Positions 10,525 through 21,430 are shown, counted from the first letter of the stretch. The stretch: DNA of 64,000 bases from Thermoproteota archaeon (GCA_030550585.1 JAUQPB010000002.1:32001-96000); one strand, 5' to 3'. A program made the numbers and translations. The notes: a model not told the origin generated them from the sequence alone.

Positions 10525-11457
10525 GTGAAAACATATTTTTATCAACGCGATATCATATCAATACTAGACTTTAACAGAGAAAGCATTGAAACGCTATTTG
10601 AGTATACAGATAAAATGATGAAGTATGCCAACTCAAAGCTTAATTTGTTGAATGGGAAGGTGGTCTCACTGGCATTTTTCGAACCGTCGACAAGAACTAG
10701 ATTAAGCTTCGAGGTTGCTGCGAAAAGGCTTGGAGCAGATGTTATAACGATTGTTGGAGAGGAAGCTTTGAGCATTAGCAAGGGTGAGACACTTGCTGAT
10801 ACTATCAAGATGTTGGATTCTTATTCGGATGCCATAGTAATTAGGCATAAATATGAAGGTGTAGCAAAATATGCATCAGAGATAGCTGAGCACCCGGTTA
10901 TAAATGCTGGTGATGGGAAACAACATCATCCCACACAGACAATGATTGATTTGTATACTATTAAAAAGTTTTTCAATGGTATAGATGGTCTTGTCTATGG
11001 GGTATTAGGGGATTTGAGATATGGCAGAGCCACAACATCATTTATATATGGTCTTTCACTGTTTAAACCAAAGAAGATATATATGATATCGCCTGAAAGC
11101 CTGAGGGCAAGAGAAGAGGTGTTGCATGTACTGAAGGAGAGAGGTATCGCCTTTGAGGAGAGAAGAAACTTGGAAGAGGTTATAGAGGAGCTAGATGTGT
11201 TATATGTTATAAGGATTCAGAAGGAGAGGTTCCCAGATCCACTAGAATATGAAAAGGTTAAGGGGTCGTACAAAGTTACGCTCGATGTTATTAAAAAAGC
11301 TAAGAAAGATTTGAAGATTTTACATCCACTTCCAAAAGTTGATGAGATCGACGAGAGAATAGATAATACGCCATATGCAGCATACTTTACACAGGCAAAA
11401 TATGGGGTGCCGGTTAGAATGGCACTTCTAGCCCTCATTTTTGGTGTTGAACCATGA
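10525..11457 (+). CDS. pyrB: Aspartate carbamoyltransferase catalytic subunit
   Basis: [27 protein letters not shown]. Confidence 0.97.
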   Translation: MKTYFYQRDIISILDFNRESIETLFEYTDKMMKYANSKLNLLNGKVVSLAFFEPSTRTRLSFEVAAKRLGADVITIVGEEALSISKGETLADTIKMLDSYSDAIVIRHKYEGVAKYASEIAEHPVINAGDGKQHHPTQTMIDLYTIKKFFNGIDGLVYGVLGDLRYGRATTSFIYGLSLFKPKKIYMISPESLRAREEVLHVLKERGIAFEERRNLEEVIEELDVLYVIRIQKERFPDPLEYEKVKGSYKVTLDVIKKAKKDLKILHPLPKVDEIDERIDNTPYAAYFTQAKYGVPVRMALLALIFGVEP

Positions 11458-11936
11458 TTGAAGAGCCTACGCTCACAGTTTCTAAGATTAGAAACGGCAC
11501 GGTAATAGATCATATACCTGCTGGAAAAGCTATGGATATACTAAACGTACTTGGGATTGATGGTAAAGAGGGTTTGAGAATAGCAGTTCTAATGAATGTC
11601 GAGAGTAAGAAGCTTGGAAGAAAAGATATAATAAAGATAGAGGGTAGAAGGCTTTCACCAGATGATCTAAATGTGATAGCATTGCTCGCTCCAAATGCCA
11701 CTATAAACATTATCGAGGATTTCGCTGTAATAGAAAAATACAAAGTCTCATTACCGAACGTAATCACAGATGTTCTTAGATGCCCTAACCCAACGTGTAT
11801 AACCAACAAGAAGGGAGAGCATGTTAGAACAAGATTCAAACTACTTTCAAAAGAGCCTCTCAAGTTGCAATGCGAATATTGTGGAACGGTTATTAGCGAG
11901 AGTGAGGTGGCTAAACTGGTTGCTAGAAAGCACTAG
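11454..11936 (+). CDS. pyrI: Aspartate carbamoyltransferase regulatory subunit
   Basis: [21 protein letters not shown]. Confidence 0.96.
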   Translation: MIEEPTLTVSKIRNGTVIDHIPAGKAMDILNVLGIDGKEGLRIAVLMNVESKKLGRKDIIKIEGRRLSPDDLNVIALLAPNATINIIEDFAVIEKYKVSLPNVITDVLRCPNPTCITNKKGEHVRTRFKLLSKEPLKLQCEYCGTVISESEVAKLVARKH

Positions 11937-12711
11937 GTTAAGATACATAGTTAAACCTGCTAGGGTCATTGAAAACAAGCCTATATCTGGTAGCATGCAT
12001 ATACTTAGAATTGAGTTGATTAGACATTCTGTAGAGGTTGAACCATTTAACTTTTTCAATATATGGGTACCCAGAGTAGATGAAATACCACTTAGCATAG
12101 CATATGCTGACAGTAAATCTCTATTCTTTATATACAGAATAAGGGGTGTAGGTACAAAAACATTATCACAGTTGAAACCTGGTGAATTCATAGGGGTTAA
12201 GGGACCTCTTGGAAAGGGTTTCAAACCTTTGAATAATAGAAGATGGCTTATAGTCGCCGGTGGCGTAGGAATCGCGCCTGTGCCATTCTTATTAAGCTTT
12301 GCAATAAAAACGAACACAAAGATTGATGTGATCTGGGGTGTGAAGAAAAGCGATGAGTTCTTCGATTTGTCAAATGTTTTTGGTTTAAAGCAGAGAGGCT
12401 GGAGGCTCATCAAAGTCTCAGAAGACTGCCAGGATGGTTTATGTGGAACTGCATTATCGGTTCTAAATAGTGTTAGCATTAATGATTATGATGTTGTATT
12501 GGCTATAGGTCCTCAGCAAATGTTGTTATCATTTTGTAGGATGCTCAAGGATAGAGAAAATGTTTATGTATCGCTAGAGAATATGGTTAAATGCGGCATT
12601 GGAGTTTGTGGCTCATGCTATTTGAAGGGGTCTCACAAATTGCTATGCATTGATGGACCTGTTTTTAAATGCTCTGAAGTGGTCGATCATCTTGAGAGTT
12701 CTATTTCTTAA
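11920..12711 (+). CDS. pyrK: Dihydroorotate dehydrogenase electron-transfer subunit
   Basis: [24 protein letters not shown]...CIDGPVF; TTG start with GAGGTGG upstream. Confidence 0.92.
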   Translation: MLESTRLRYIVKPARVIENKPISGSMHILRIELIRHSVEVEPFNFFNIWVPRVDEIPLSIAYADSKSLFFIYRIRGVGTKTLSQLKPGEFIGVKGPLGKGFKPLNNRRWLIVAGGVGIAPVPFLLSFAIKTNTKIDVIWGVKKSDEFFDLSNVFGLKQRGWRLIKVSEDCQDGLCGTALSVLNSVSINDYDVVLAIGPQQMLLSFCRMLKDRENVYVSLENMVKCGIGVCGSCYLKGSHKLLCIDGPVFKCSEVVDHLESSIS

Positions 12712-14014
12712 AGCTCTACTTGATGAGGTTAGAGAGGTTACGGTGTTTGTGAATGAAAATGGTTTTGTGACGCAGATAAGGAATGGTATATACAAAGAAC
12801 TTTGTCAAGAATATGAATGTGAGGATCTGACAGTACATGGTATAGCTCTTCCAGGTTTTATAGATATCCATACACATTTAAGAGGATTGATGTTGGCATA
12901 CAAGGAAGATGAGGAAAGTGGGACAAAGGCTGCAGCCAGAGGAGGGTATACAGCAGTAGTAGACATGCCTAATACAGTGCCCCGAATAGATAACTTAGAT
13001 GCATTCGAATCCAAAATAGCAAAGCTAAGTACAAATGCCTATACAGACTTTGGTATAGCTATTGCACCTCCACAAAATAGGAGTTTCGGTGAGTTCAAAT
13101 CTCTTATAATGAAACAAGAGGTCGTGGCAATTGGTGAAATATTCCCAGAAGAACTGAGCATGCTACCTCAAGTTCTCAGCATCTTAGATCAGCTTAGAGT
13201 TAAAAAACTTGTAATGGTACATCCAGAGCATGAGAAATTTATTAATGAATGTGAAAAAGGCTCTAGATGGTTGTGCAGACCCTTAGAAGCAGAGGTGAAA
13301 TCGTTAATAGAGATACGCAAAATTGTATCTAGATCCTTCCATCATATACCACTTCATGTCACACACGCGACAAACCCTATCACCATAACATATGCAAAGA
13401 ACAATGGATTTACCGTTGATACAACACCACATTACATTTACTTATCGAGTGAAGATGAGTACAGAAAAGGTTGTTTAGCTAAGGTGAATCCACCGCTAAG
13501 ACACATTTCTACAACTATTTCAATGCTTCAATATCTACACCATGTAGATGCTATCGCAACAGACCATGCACCACATTCAATCGATGAAAAAACTAGAGAA
13601 TTTTCTGATTGTCCATCTGGCATACCATCTATTGAGGTAGCCTCAGCACTTGTGATAAACCTTGTTTCAAAAAATATTATCGATTTGAATACGCTTGCCA
13701 GGCTTCTGTCTCTAGGCCCTTCAAAAATTCTGGGCTTAGAAAAATGGGGCTGTATCGACATTGGATGTGTAGCCAGCTACTCTGTGGTTGACCCATGGAA
13801 AGAGTGGGTTATAGATTCGTCAAAGTTCTATTCTAAAGCATCTTACAGTCCCTATGACGGGCTCAAAATCAGGGGATCTGTTGAAGCAACAATAATCCGC
13901 GGTGTTGTTGTACATTTAAATGGAGAAATAGTTTCTAAACCTATCGGTAAACCCATTGGGTGTCTACGCAATGGATCAAGAGCCTTCGCTAAGAACATCA
14001 GTTGCAGGGATTGA
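12692..14014 (+). CDS. pyrC: Dihydroorotase
   Basis: PGFIDIHTHLR, DMPNT, KVNPPLR, TDHAPH. Confidence 0.95.
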   Translation: MRVLFLKALLDEVREVTVFVNENGFVTQIRNGIYKELCQEYECEDLTVHGIALPGFIDIHTHLRGLMLAYKEDEESGTKAAARGGYTAVVDMPNTVPRIDNLDAFESKIAKLSTNAYTDFGIAIAPPQNRSFGEFKSLIMKQEVVAIGEIFPEELSMLPQVLSILDQLRVKKLVMVHPEHEKFINECEKGSRWLCRPLEAEVKSLIEIRKIVSRSFHHIPLHVTHATNPITITYAKNNGFTVDTTPHYIYLSSEDEYRKGCLAKVNPPLRHISTTISMLQYLHHVDAIATDHAPHSIDEKTREFSDCPSGIPSIEVASALVINLVSKNIIDLNTLARLLSLGPSKILGLEKWGCIDIGCVASYSVVDPWKEWVIDSSKFYSKASYSPYDGLKIRGSVEATIIRGVVVHLNGEIVSKPIGKPIGCLRNGSRAFAKNISCRD

Positions 14015-14897
14015 GCTCCTACATCCAATAATGAATGCAAGTGGGTTTCTGGGCTATTCAAAAGAGCATATACGTAGATTGGCTAGCTATGGTTTCTCAG
14101 CCATTGTCACAAAAACCATAACTCCATATCCTAAAAAAGGTTATGACCCCCCAATAATAATTGCACTGTCTAATGGTGGACTTTTAAATGCTGTAGGTCT
14201 TGAAAATCCTGGCAAAGAATGTATAAATGAGATGGTTGAAGAGGCTAAGAAACTGGGGATTCCGATAATAATTAGTGTTGGAGGGGCAACAGAGGAAGAA
14301 TTTGCTGAAGTTGCTGAAGAGGCCGAGCTCAGGGGTGCCACGGCCATTGAATTGAACCTTAGCTGTCCACATGCAAAAGGTTATGGCATTGAAATTGGAA
14401 TGGATCCGCAAAAAGTATTTAGTGTTGTAAAAAACGTGGCTTCGGTTACAAAAATACCTGTCATAGCAAAACTGGGGCTATCAGACAAGGTTTTAGAGTC
14501 TGCTGGAAAAGCTTTAGAGGCTGGGGCTAGTGGGTTAACTTTGATTAACACAATTAAGGCTATGGCTATAGACATATATTCCTTGAAACCAATTTTAACA
14601 AATGTATTTGGAGGATTATCAGGGCCTCCAATACACCCAATAGCCGTGCGTGTTGTCTATGAGGTCTATAGAGAATACAAAGCTGATATAATTGGCTGTG
14701 GTGGTGTAACAAAATGGGAGGATGTAGCAGAGTTTGTGGTGGCAGGTGCAAGAGCAGTTGAAGTAGGCACAGCAATTATCTTCAGTACAACCCAGCATAA
14801 ATTTGTAGAGGAGATGTTGGACAGTCTAAGAAACTGGCTTAAAATGCTTGGTTTTAAAGGTATTGAAGAGGTTGTTGGTATAGCACAAAAGATTTGA
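13971..14897 (+). CDS. pyrD: Dihydroorotate dehydrogenase catalytic subunit (family 1B)
   Basis: MNASG, NAVGLENPG, ELNLSCPH, LINT, GGLSG. Confidence 0.96.
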   Translation: MDQEPSLRTSVAGIELLHPIMNASGFLGYSKEHIRRLASYGFSAIVTKTITPYPKKGYDPPIIIALSNGGLLNAVGLENPGKECINEMVEEAKKLGIPIIISVGGATEEEFAEVAEEAELRGATAIELNLSCPHAKGYGIEIGMDPQKVFSVVKNVASVTKIPVIAKLGLSDKVLESAGKALEAGASGLTLINTIKAMAIDIYSLKPILTNVFGGLSGPPIHPIAVRVVYEVYREYKADIIGCGGVTKWEDVAEFVVAGARAVEVGTAIIFSTTQHKFVEEMLDSLRNWLKMLGFKGIEEVVGIAQKI

Positions 14898-15577
14898 GTG
14901 AGACTGTGCTCAGAGGGAATATCATAATCAGAGCTAACTGCTCGGACAGAGAGCAGTGGATTAGATTAATAAAGAAGGGGGAGGTGAATGCAGTAGATCT
15001 TTGTCTAGAGGACTACTCTAAGAGCGAAGTAGAGGAGATGAACAGAGTTCTGGAAGACCATAATAAGGTTATGATAGCATATGCAACACCTATTCTGAAC
15101 ATATTCTTTTTACTTGTCGGCAGGCTCTTAACTTTGTTTAAACAATTGCAAAAAATAGACGCTGAGATTGTATTAAATAATAGATTGTTATCGCAAATAA
15201 AGCCTTTTATGCAATTCAAAGACATTGAACCAGCTATTATAGAAAAACAGTTGCGAGGGATATTAGCAATGTCGGGTTGGGACATAAACATAGAGTTGCA
15301 TTTGAGAGAGAATAGAGATGGTGTTATGGTTGTTGTCGGCTCAGGTATAACCTATGGCAACAAGTCAAGTGAAATAGGATATAGAATAGAACTTAGCACT
15401 ACAAAAGATGTTGTGTCGACAAGCATAAGCTCGGTAATAGAGATATTGAACTCTGAGGCTTTCATCTTGAAAGGTTTTAAGACATTTATTGATATGGGAA
15501 AAATTGAGGGCGTCTACACATCGTATATCAGCAAGCTTATAGAGAAAAGGGTTGTAGATTTGAAAGAGATTTTCTAA
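14894..15577 (+). CDS. Hypothetical protein at the end of the pyr operon
   Basis: Overlaps pyrD stop; a homolog sits at the same position in the second pyr copy (33842-34702). Confidence 0.65.
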   Translation: MSETVLRGNIIIRANCSDREQWIRLIKKGEVNAVDLCLEDYSKSEVEEMNRVLEDHNKVMIAYATPILNIFFLLVGRLLTLFKQLQKIDAEIVLNNRLLSQIKPFMQFKDIEPAIIEKQLRGILAMSGWDINIELHLRENRDGVMVVVGSGITYGNKSSEIGYRIELSTTKDVVSTSISSVIEILNSEAFILKGFKTFIDMGKIEGVYTSYISKLIEKRVVDLKEIF

Positions 15578-15648
15578 TGAGCTAATGTATTATATCACAT
15601 CTGTGACAAAGCACAGCATTTGTTTTAGAAAATTGATGATAGTCTGTT

Positions 15649-15752
15649 TGGTGCCGCGGCCGGGATTTGAACCCGGGTCTCCCGCGCCTTTTTCTATAAG
15701 GCGTCACGGGCTCGAGAGGCCCGCATACTTGACCGGGCTATACTACCGCGGC
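15649..15752 (-). tRNA. tRNA-Glu(CUC) with a 26-nt intron at position 45/46 (intron 15679-15704), encoded CCA
   Basis: Removing ACGCCTTATAGAAAAAGGCGCGGGAG gives canonical GCCGCGG...CTCTCGA...TGACCCGGGTTCAAATCCCGGCCGCGGCACCA; bulges UGA/AGA flank a CCCG/CGGG helix. Confidence 0.93.
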
Positions 15753-15827
15753 ACTATTACAAAACCAATTTTGTAGTTACCTTAAAAGCTTATTTTAGCA
15801 TTTATCGCCATTGAGGCGCTCTGCTGT

Positions 15828-16169
15828 ATGGTAAGACGTAATAGGGGTGCTATTAGGGATATTGCTATAGAGAGGATGGAGATTCTATTTAAGCTTGGCA
15901 TCGAAGCTGTTAAGAATGGATACACGGATCTAGCCAAACGATATGGCGAACTCTTAATACGGATCTCAATGAGGAATAGAGTCAAAATTCCTAAGGAGAT
16001 TAAGAGGTGGATTTGCAAGCAATGCCATACCATAATGGTTCCAGGATTCAATGCTAGGGTAAGAACGCGTAGAGATGGAAAGGTTTTAAGGGTAGTAACA
16101 AAGTGTCTTTCATGTGGTTGGATACACAGATACCAATTTGTGGTGAGAAGAGGTAGTGGAAGGAGTTAG
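15828..16169 (+). CDS. rnp4: Ribonuclease P protein component 4 (Rpp21)
   Basis: [28 protein letters not shown]. Confidence 0.93.
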   Translation: MVRRNRGAIRDIAIERMEILFKLGIEAVKNGYTDLAKRYGELLIRISMRNRVKIPKEIKRWICKQCHTIMVPGFNARVRTRRDGKVLRVVTKCLSCGWIHRYQFVVRRGSGRS

Positions 16170-16449
16170 CAGATATTTCAAAACCTTGAAAAAGCTTAAA
16201 GTGACTCAGCATAGAGCCGATGTGAATATTGGGAAACATGGTTTACACGAAGGTATAATAAGCGAAATTAAAAGGCGTTTAAAGGAACATGGGGTTGTTA
16301 AAATAAGGATTCTCAAAAGTGCACGTAGCAATATTACTGGTGATGATATTAAAAAGCTTGCAGAGCTTCTTGACGCTTTTATTGTAGATGAAAGAGGATA
16401 TACATATGTGCTTATAAGCAGAAAGCGTGAAAAGAAAGCGAGAAGATAA
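16156..16449 (+). CDS. YhbY/CRM-domain RNA-binding protein
   Basis: VNIGKHGL...[16 protein letters not shown]...RGYTYVL. Confidence 0.88.
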   Translation: MEGVSRYFKTLKKLKVTQHRADVNIGKHGLHEGIISEIKRRLKEHGVVKIRILKSARSNITGDDIKKLAELLDAFIVDERGYTYVLISRKREKKARR

Positions 16450-16468
16450 TCTGACATTGTGATGATTT

Positions 16469-16954
16469 ATGGTTACAGTCAAGGACGTCCCAGCAGACAT
16501 GCTAATAAGAAAGCTTGCAGAGTATCTAAAAGGTAATGTTCCAGCAGTTAAGCCACCTTCATGGGCGATGTTCTCAAAGACAGGTTCGCATAGGGAGAGG
16601 GTTCCAGACGATCCAGATTGGTGGTATATGAGGGCGGCAGCAATACTTAGGAAACTCTATTTAGCAGAGGAACCCCTAGGCGTAGGCACGTTTAGAACTG
16701 TTTTTGGAGGGCTAAAGAGGAGGGGGTCAGCACCTCCTCATTTCAGGAAGGGCGGGGGATCCAATATAAGAAAGATTCTTCAGCAACTAGAAAAAGCTGG
16801 TTTAGTTAGAAAAACTGATAAGGGTAGGGTAATATCAGACGAGGGAAGGAGACTACTGGATACACTAGCTCTAGAAATATTCAAGGATTTATTGAAAGCT
16901 TATCCCGAGCTCTCTAAATATGCTCCCAAATCGTTGATTGCAACAACAAGTTAA
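16469..16954 (+). CDS. rps19e: 30S ribosomal protein S19e
   Basis: TVKDVPA, PDWWYMRAAAILRKLY, IRKILQQLEKAGLV. Confidence 0.96.
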   Translation: MVTVKDVPADMLIRKLAEYLKGNVPAVKPPSWAMFSKTGSHRERVPDDPDWWYMRAAAILRKLYLAEEPLGVGTFRTVFGGLKRRGSAPPHFRKGGGSNIRKILQQLEKAGLVRKTDKGRVISDEGRRLLDTLALEIFKDLLKAYPELSKYAPKSLIATTS

Positions 16955-17004
16955 TTACCCACTAAAAGGTATACATCTTAGGCTATTGCATATGGTGATC
17001 TTAA

Positions 17005-17361
17005 ATGGCAGGCGAAGCAGCTGTGTACAGCGATGAGGAGGTAGAGGCACTACTTGAGAGAAGATATAGAGAGATGTTGGCCAGAAGACAAGAAGCAGAG
17101 CGAAAAAGGAGAGAATTAGAGGAGGAGGCGAGAAGGCAGGAGATACTGAGGTTAATTCTAACTCCAGAGGCAAGGGAAAGGCTCTCTAACATTAAGCTTG
17201 TGAGGCCAGAGATTGCTAGAGCTGTTGAGGATAGGTTGATAGCATTGGCGGTGCAAGGCAGGATAACCCAGCCTATTACTGATGAAGAGCTTAAGAGTAT
17301 ATTAGCCGAGATCTATGAGAGAACAAGGAGAGATTTTAGGATTAATATACGTGAGAAGTAA
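17005..17361 (+). CDS. PDCD5-like dsDNA-binding protein
   Basis: ILTPEARERLSNIKLVRPEIARAVE, ITDEELKSIL. Confidence 0.92.
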   Translation: MAGEAAVYSDEEVEALLERRYREMLARRQEAERKRRELEEEARRQEILRLILTPEARERLSNIKLVRPEIARAVEDRLIALAVQGRITQPITDEELKSILAEIYERTRRDFRINIREK

Positions 17362-17380
17362 ACGGTATTGCGTGTCTCAA

Positions 17381-17539
17381 ATGGCGAGAAACAAACCTTT
17401 AGCAAAAAAACTTAGGCTTATAAATAGAGAGAAATCAAATCAGCCTATACCTGTGTGGGTAACAGTAAAAACAATTAGGAAGATTATGAGAGGCTATAGA
17501 TTGAGGAACTGGCGCAGAGCTAAACTAGGTGATGTGTAA
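17381..17539 (+). CDS. rpl39e: 50S ribosomal protein L39e
   Basis: MARNKPLAKKLRL...NQPIPVWV...RNWRR. Confidence 0.93.
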   Translation: MARNKPLAKKLRLINREKSNQPIPVWVTVKTIRKIMRGYRLRNWRRAKLGDV

Positions 17540-17540
17540 C

Positions 17541-17813
17541 ATGCCTAAAGATAAAAGTGAAGGCATAATCCTAATACCTTTAAGATATGTCTACAGAGCT
17601 GGGAGCAGAAGGGATAGAGGAAAAAGGGCAGTAAGATACATAAGGAGATTCTTAGAGAGGCATCTAGGTGGTAGGGTCATCTTAGACCCCATAATCAGTA
17701 TGTATATCTATAGCAGGAAAATCGAAAAGCCGCCAAGAAAGATATTAGTGAGATTCTTAAAGGTAGATAATGGTATATTCAAGGCAATGCTCGCTGTTGA
17801 GGTGAAGAGGTAG
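17541..17813 (+). CDS. rpl31e: 50S ribosomal protein L31e
   Basis: IPLR...RAVRYIRRFLERH...KPPRKI; conserved operon position. Confidence 0.92.
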   Translation: MPKDKSEGIILIPLRYVYRAGSRRDRGKRAVRYIRRFLERHLGGRVILDPIISMYIYSRKIEKPPRKILVRFLKVDNGIFKAMLAVEVKR

Positions 17814-17817
17814 AAGA

Positions 17818-18498
17818 ATGATAGTTATCGAAAAAGCAAATTATAAGGGCAACCCAAATGTAGGTATATATGTTTTTGCAACAGATAGATATGCTCTAAT
17901 TCCTTTTGATGCGGATGAAAAATTCTCAAATCTTATCTCTAGGGTGCTCCAAGTTCCAGTTATAAAAGCATCGATTGCAGATACTGGTTTGTTGGGAATA
18001 TTTGTGGTAGGCAATAATAAGGGTTTGCTTCTTCCTCAATTGGTAAAGGACTGGGAGCTTAGATTGATTAAAAGTAGCATTGATTTGAGTATAGGAGTTG
18101 TTAAATCGAGATATACAGCACTTGGAAATATATGCCTAGTTAATGACAGGGCAGCTCTTATTCATCCAGAAGCCTATGACGATCTCAAAAAGATTGTTGT
18201 TGATGTGCTGGATGTTGAAATAGTTGAAAAAGGAATTATAGCTGGTTTTTCAACTGTTGGTTCAATAGCTTTTGTTAACAATATTGCGGGGCTGGTTCAT
18301 CCTGAGGCTAGCGATAAAGAGGTTGAATATCTTTCAAATGTTTTTCAAGTTCCTTTTGACATAGGGACGGTCAATTTTGGAGTTGGATTTATAAAGTCTG
18401 GTCTTATTGGTAATACAAAAGGAATTATAGTCGGGGATAGAACTACAGGTCCCGAGCTTTTGAGAATAGGTAAGGTGTTTAGGGTGGCAACCTCATGA
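17818..18498 (+). CDS. eif6: Translation initiation factor 6
   Basis: GNPNVGIY, GNNKG, GTVNFG, TTGPEL. Confidence 0.95.
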   Translation: MIVIEKANYKGNPNVGIYVFATDRYALIPFDADEKFSNLISRVLQVPVIKASIADTGLLGIFVVGNNKGLLLPQLVKDWELRLIKSSIDLSIGVVKSRYTALGNICLVNDRAALIHPEAYDDLKKIVVDVLDVEIVEKGIIAGFSTVGSIAFVNNIAGLVHPEASDKEVEYLSNVFQVPFDIGTVNFGVGFIKSGLIGNTKGIIVGDRTTGPELLRIGKVFRVATS

Positions 18499-18755
18499 CA
18501 GATGTGAAGATATATAAAGTAGATGGAGTGATGCTAATATCAGCTGATAGGTTGCCAAGGTGGCAAAGGTTTTCAATGGAAGTGAGAGCAGTTAGCGAGA
18601 AGCACGCTCTAGAATATGTCTATTCTGTGCTTGGAGGTAGACACAAGGTTAAGAGAGCAAATATAAAGGTGCTTAAGATAGAGGAGGTGCCACTTGAAAA
18701 AGTTGAGAGCAAATATATAAGGGATTTGGCTACACTAACTAGAATGGTGATTTAA
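18495..18755 (+). CDS. rplX: 50S ribosomal protein LX (L18Ae/eL20)
   Basis: EVRAVSEKHALEYVYSVLGGRHKVKRANIKV. Confidence 0.92.
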   Translation: MTDVKIYKVDGVMLISADRLPRWQRFSMEVRAVSEKHALEYVYSVLGGRHKVKRANIKVLKIEEVPLEKVESKYIRDLATLTRMVI

Positions 18756-19222
18756 TGAGTGTTGACAGAGCTGGAGCAGAGGAGGCCATACAACAGCTAC
18801 TTCTTCAGCTTGAGGAGCTTAGAGAGGCTATTAGAGTTGTGCAAACAAGGTCTCTTGCAATATCATCTGAACTACAGGAAATCAGAATAGCATATGAGAC
18901 TCTTAACACCATTCAAAAGCTTTCACAACAAGACGTCTTCACATCGCTTGATAGAAATGGTTATGTATTTGTAAAGGCAAGGCTAGCTTCAATAGACGAG
19001 GCTATTGTTAGGGTTGGCAGAGAATATTATGTGTCGCTTCCAATAGATAAGGCAAAGGGGGTCCTTATGGAATATGAGAAGGAACTTGCTGATGAACTAA
19101 GGGAAGCAGAAGCTGAGCTGAAGAAGCTTACCGAGCTTTACAATCAGATCCAGAAAAAGATGCAAGAGTATGTAGCTATGCTGCAAACTGGTCAGAGAGG
19201 TGGAGGTGCAAAACAGAGCTAA
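18755..19222 (+). CDS. pfdA: Prefoldin alpha subunit
   Basis: Coiled coil-beta hairpins-coiled coil; FVKA...VRVGREYYV; operon position. Confidence 0.9.
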   Translation: MSVDRAGAEEAIQQLLLQLEELREAIRVVQTRSLAISSELQEIRIAYETLNTIQKLSQQDVFTSLDRNGYVFVKARLASIDEAIVRVGREYYVSLPIDKAKGVLMEYEKELADELREAEAELKKLTELYNQIQKKMQEYVAMLQTGQRGGGAKQS

Positions 19223-19237
19223 ACAAGGTATCTCCTA

Positions 19238-20155
19238 TTGTTTGGGAAAATAAAAAAGATTTTTCAAGACTTTGCACAGCAAATATCAAATACAGTTCTA
19301 TATAAGACGCTGGACGAAAAAGATGTTGATACATACTGCAACAATCTTTTCATGCAACTTGTAGAATCTGATGTTGCTTATGAAGTTGCTGAGAAGATTG
19401 TTAATAATATTAGGCAACAACTACTAGGAAAAAAAGTTAGAAGAGGCGAAGACGTGAAAAGCTACATAGATAAGATTGTGGAGGAATCATTGGAGAACAT
19501 GCTTAAAAGCATAGGATCCTTTAATTTAATAGACTTTGTGAAAACAACTTTATCGAAGGAAAGACCAGTTAAAATAATGTTTATGGGTATCAATGGAGTT
19601 GGAAAAACAACTACCATAGCCAAGGTCGCGAATATCTTGAAGAATAATGGTCTAAGAGTTTTAATGGTAGCAGCCGATACATTTAGAGCTGGGGCACAAG
19701 AGCAACTCCAAAGACACGCAGAAAGAGTAGGTGTGGCATTTATTGGTGGTAGATATGGTGCCGATCCAGCAGCGATAGCATATGATGGTATTGTCTATGC
19801 GCAAAAGAATGGATTTGATGTTGTTTTGATTGACACAGCTGGTAGAATGCATATAGATGTCGATCTGATGAACGAGCTTAGAAAGGTTGCAAAAGTGGCT
19901 AGACCGCATCTTAAGCTTCTTGTTTTAGATGCTTTAACAGGTAATGATGCATTAGAGCAGTTGAGAGGTTTTGAAGAAGCTGTTGGTGTAGACACAGTTA
20001 TCTTAACAAAGGTTGATGCTGATGCCAATGGCGGTGCAGCTCTAACTGTGTTAATTGGTGTTGGAAAACCAATTGCATATCTAGGTGTTGGTCAGAGATA
20101 TACCGATCTGATTGATTATAATCCTGGTGTTGTGCTTAAAATGCTTTTTAAGTAG
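19238..20155 (+). CDS. ftsY: SRP receptor FtsY
   Basis: GINGVGKTTT, DTFRAGA, DTAGR, TKVDADANGG. Confidence 0.96.
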   Translation: MFGKIKKIFQDFAQQISNTVLYKTLDEKDVDTYCNNLFMQLVESDVAYEVAEKIVNNIRQQLLGKKVRRGEDVKSYIDKIVEESLENMLKSIGSFNLIDFVKTTLSKERPVKIMFMGINGVGKTTTIAKVANILKNNGLRVLMVAADTFRAGAQEQLQRHAERVGVAFIGGRYGADPAAIAYDGIVYAQKNGFDVVLIDTAGRMHIDVDLMNELRKVAKVARPHLKLLVLDALTGNDALEQLRGFEEAVGVDTVILTKVDADANGGAALTVLIGVGKPIAYLGVGQRYTDLIDYNPGVVLKMLFK

Positions 20156-20190
20156 ATTTTAGTGATAATAGGTATGAGAGGGTAGAAAAA

Positions 20191-20388
20191 GTGTCGAAAA
20201 CATTGGAAGAAGCGTTCAAGAACATGGGAAAGGTTTTGGAGCTGGCAGAGAAGCCTGATGGGGATGAGTTCAAGCAGATTCTAAAACTGACCCTCCTCGG
20301 TTTTACACTTATAGGCGTCATATCATTTGCTGTGGCCACGGGTCTCTACTACTTGATGGCAGCGCTTGGCATAGCATCAATATCTTAG
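20191..20388 (+). CDS. secE: Protein translocase SecE/Sec61-gamma
   Basis: VLELAEKPDGDEF followed by a single TM; between ftsY and spt5. Confidence 0.9.
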   Translation: MSKTLEEAFKNMGKVLELAEKPDGDEFKQILKLTLLGFTLIGVISFAVATGLYYLMAALGIASIS

Positions 20389-20397
20389 AGGCGAGAT

Positions 20398-20907
20398 GTG
20401 ATGGAAGAGATACAAAATAAGAATGAGCAAAAAGAAGAAGGTACTGAAGCAGCTATCTCAAAACAAAATAGCTTTTTTGCTGTTAGAACCACAGCTGGTC
20501 AAGAACTCAACGTTCTTCTAATGCTTGAAGTGAGAGCGAGAACAGCTGGTCTGCCTATATATTCAATCGTTTCGCTACCAAATCTAAAAGGCTATGTAGT
20601 CATGGAAACGCCAGGTCTTCACGTTGTTTATGAAGCCATAAGAGGGTTGAAACACATCAAAGGCAAGGCTTCTGGAACTCTTAAGTGGGAGGCTCTAGAA
20701 TCGTTGCTGAAACCCAAGTCACTTATTGATATGCTAAAAGAGGGTGAGGAAGTCGAAATAATAGCAGGGCCATTTAGGGGAATGAGGGCAAGGGTTGTTG
20801 GCGTGGATAAGGTTAAAAACGAGGTCTCATTAAGTGTTTTAGAAGCGAGCTATCCATTAACAATAACAGTTCCTATAGATTATATTCGACTAGCTAGAAA
20901 GGAGTGA
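20398..20907 (+). CDS. spt5: Transcription elongation factor Spt5/NusG
   Basis: [19 protein letters not shown] motif [10 protein letters not shown]. Confidence 0.95.
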   Translation: MMEEIQNKNEQKEEGTEAAISKQNSFFAVRTTAGQELNVLLMLEVRARTAGLPIYSIVSLPNLKGYVVMETPGLHVVYEAIRGLKHIKGKASGTLKWEALESLLKPKSLIDMLKEGEEVEIIAGPFRGMRARVVGVDKVKNEVSLSVLEASYPLTITVPIDYIRLARKE

Positions 20908-20914
20908 TCGAACC

Positions 20915-21424
20915 ATGGCTCGAATAAAGGTGGTGAAAGTACAGATAGAAGGAGGTAAAGCGTCAAATGCACCTCCCCTAGGACCTGCCCTAGCTGATGC
21001 TGGACTTAATGTAAATGAGGTTGTTGAGAAGATAAACAGCATGACTGAAGCCTATAAAGGATATACTGTTACTGTTAAGATTGTTATTGATTTAGACACC
21101 AAGAAATATGACATATTCCTTGAATTGCCAACAACAACAAGTTTGCTACTCAATATGGCTAAAGTTTCAGAGCCTTCTGGAGATCCAGCTCATAAAAAGA
21201 TTGGCAACATAACTCTAGAAGATGTTATTAAAGTTGCTCTACTTAAAAAACAAGAGCTAACAGCAAAAAGCCTAAAAGCGGCTGTTAAAACCATTCTTGG
21301 ATCGGCCAGATCTATAGGTCTAACAGTAGATGGAAAAGATCCTAAGGAGCTGGTTGCAGAGCTGGAGAGAGGGTTGTATGATGAAGTTTTGAAAAAATAT
21401 GAAGAGGAATGGTCTAAGAGGTGA
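20915..21424 (+). CDS. rpl11: 50S ribosomal protein L11
   Basis: [30 protein letters not shown]. Confidence 0.96.
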   Translation: MARIKVVKVQIEGGKASNAPPLGPALADAGLNVNEVVEKINSMTEAYKGYTVTVKIVIDLDTKKYDIFLELPTTTSLLLNMAKVSEPSGDPAHKKIGNITLEDVIKVALLKKQELTAKSLKAAVKTILGSARSIGLTVDGKDPKELVAELERGLYDEVLKKYEEEWSKR

Positions 21425-21430
21425 GATGAT

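Noticed and set aside
11847-12479. 210-aa antisense ORF and similar shadow ORFs across housekeeping genes
   Set aside because: They are fully overlapped by confidently identified genes on the opposite strand.
15585-15776. 63-aa ORF
   Set aside because: Antisense to the intron-containing tRNA-Glu.
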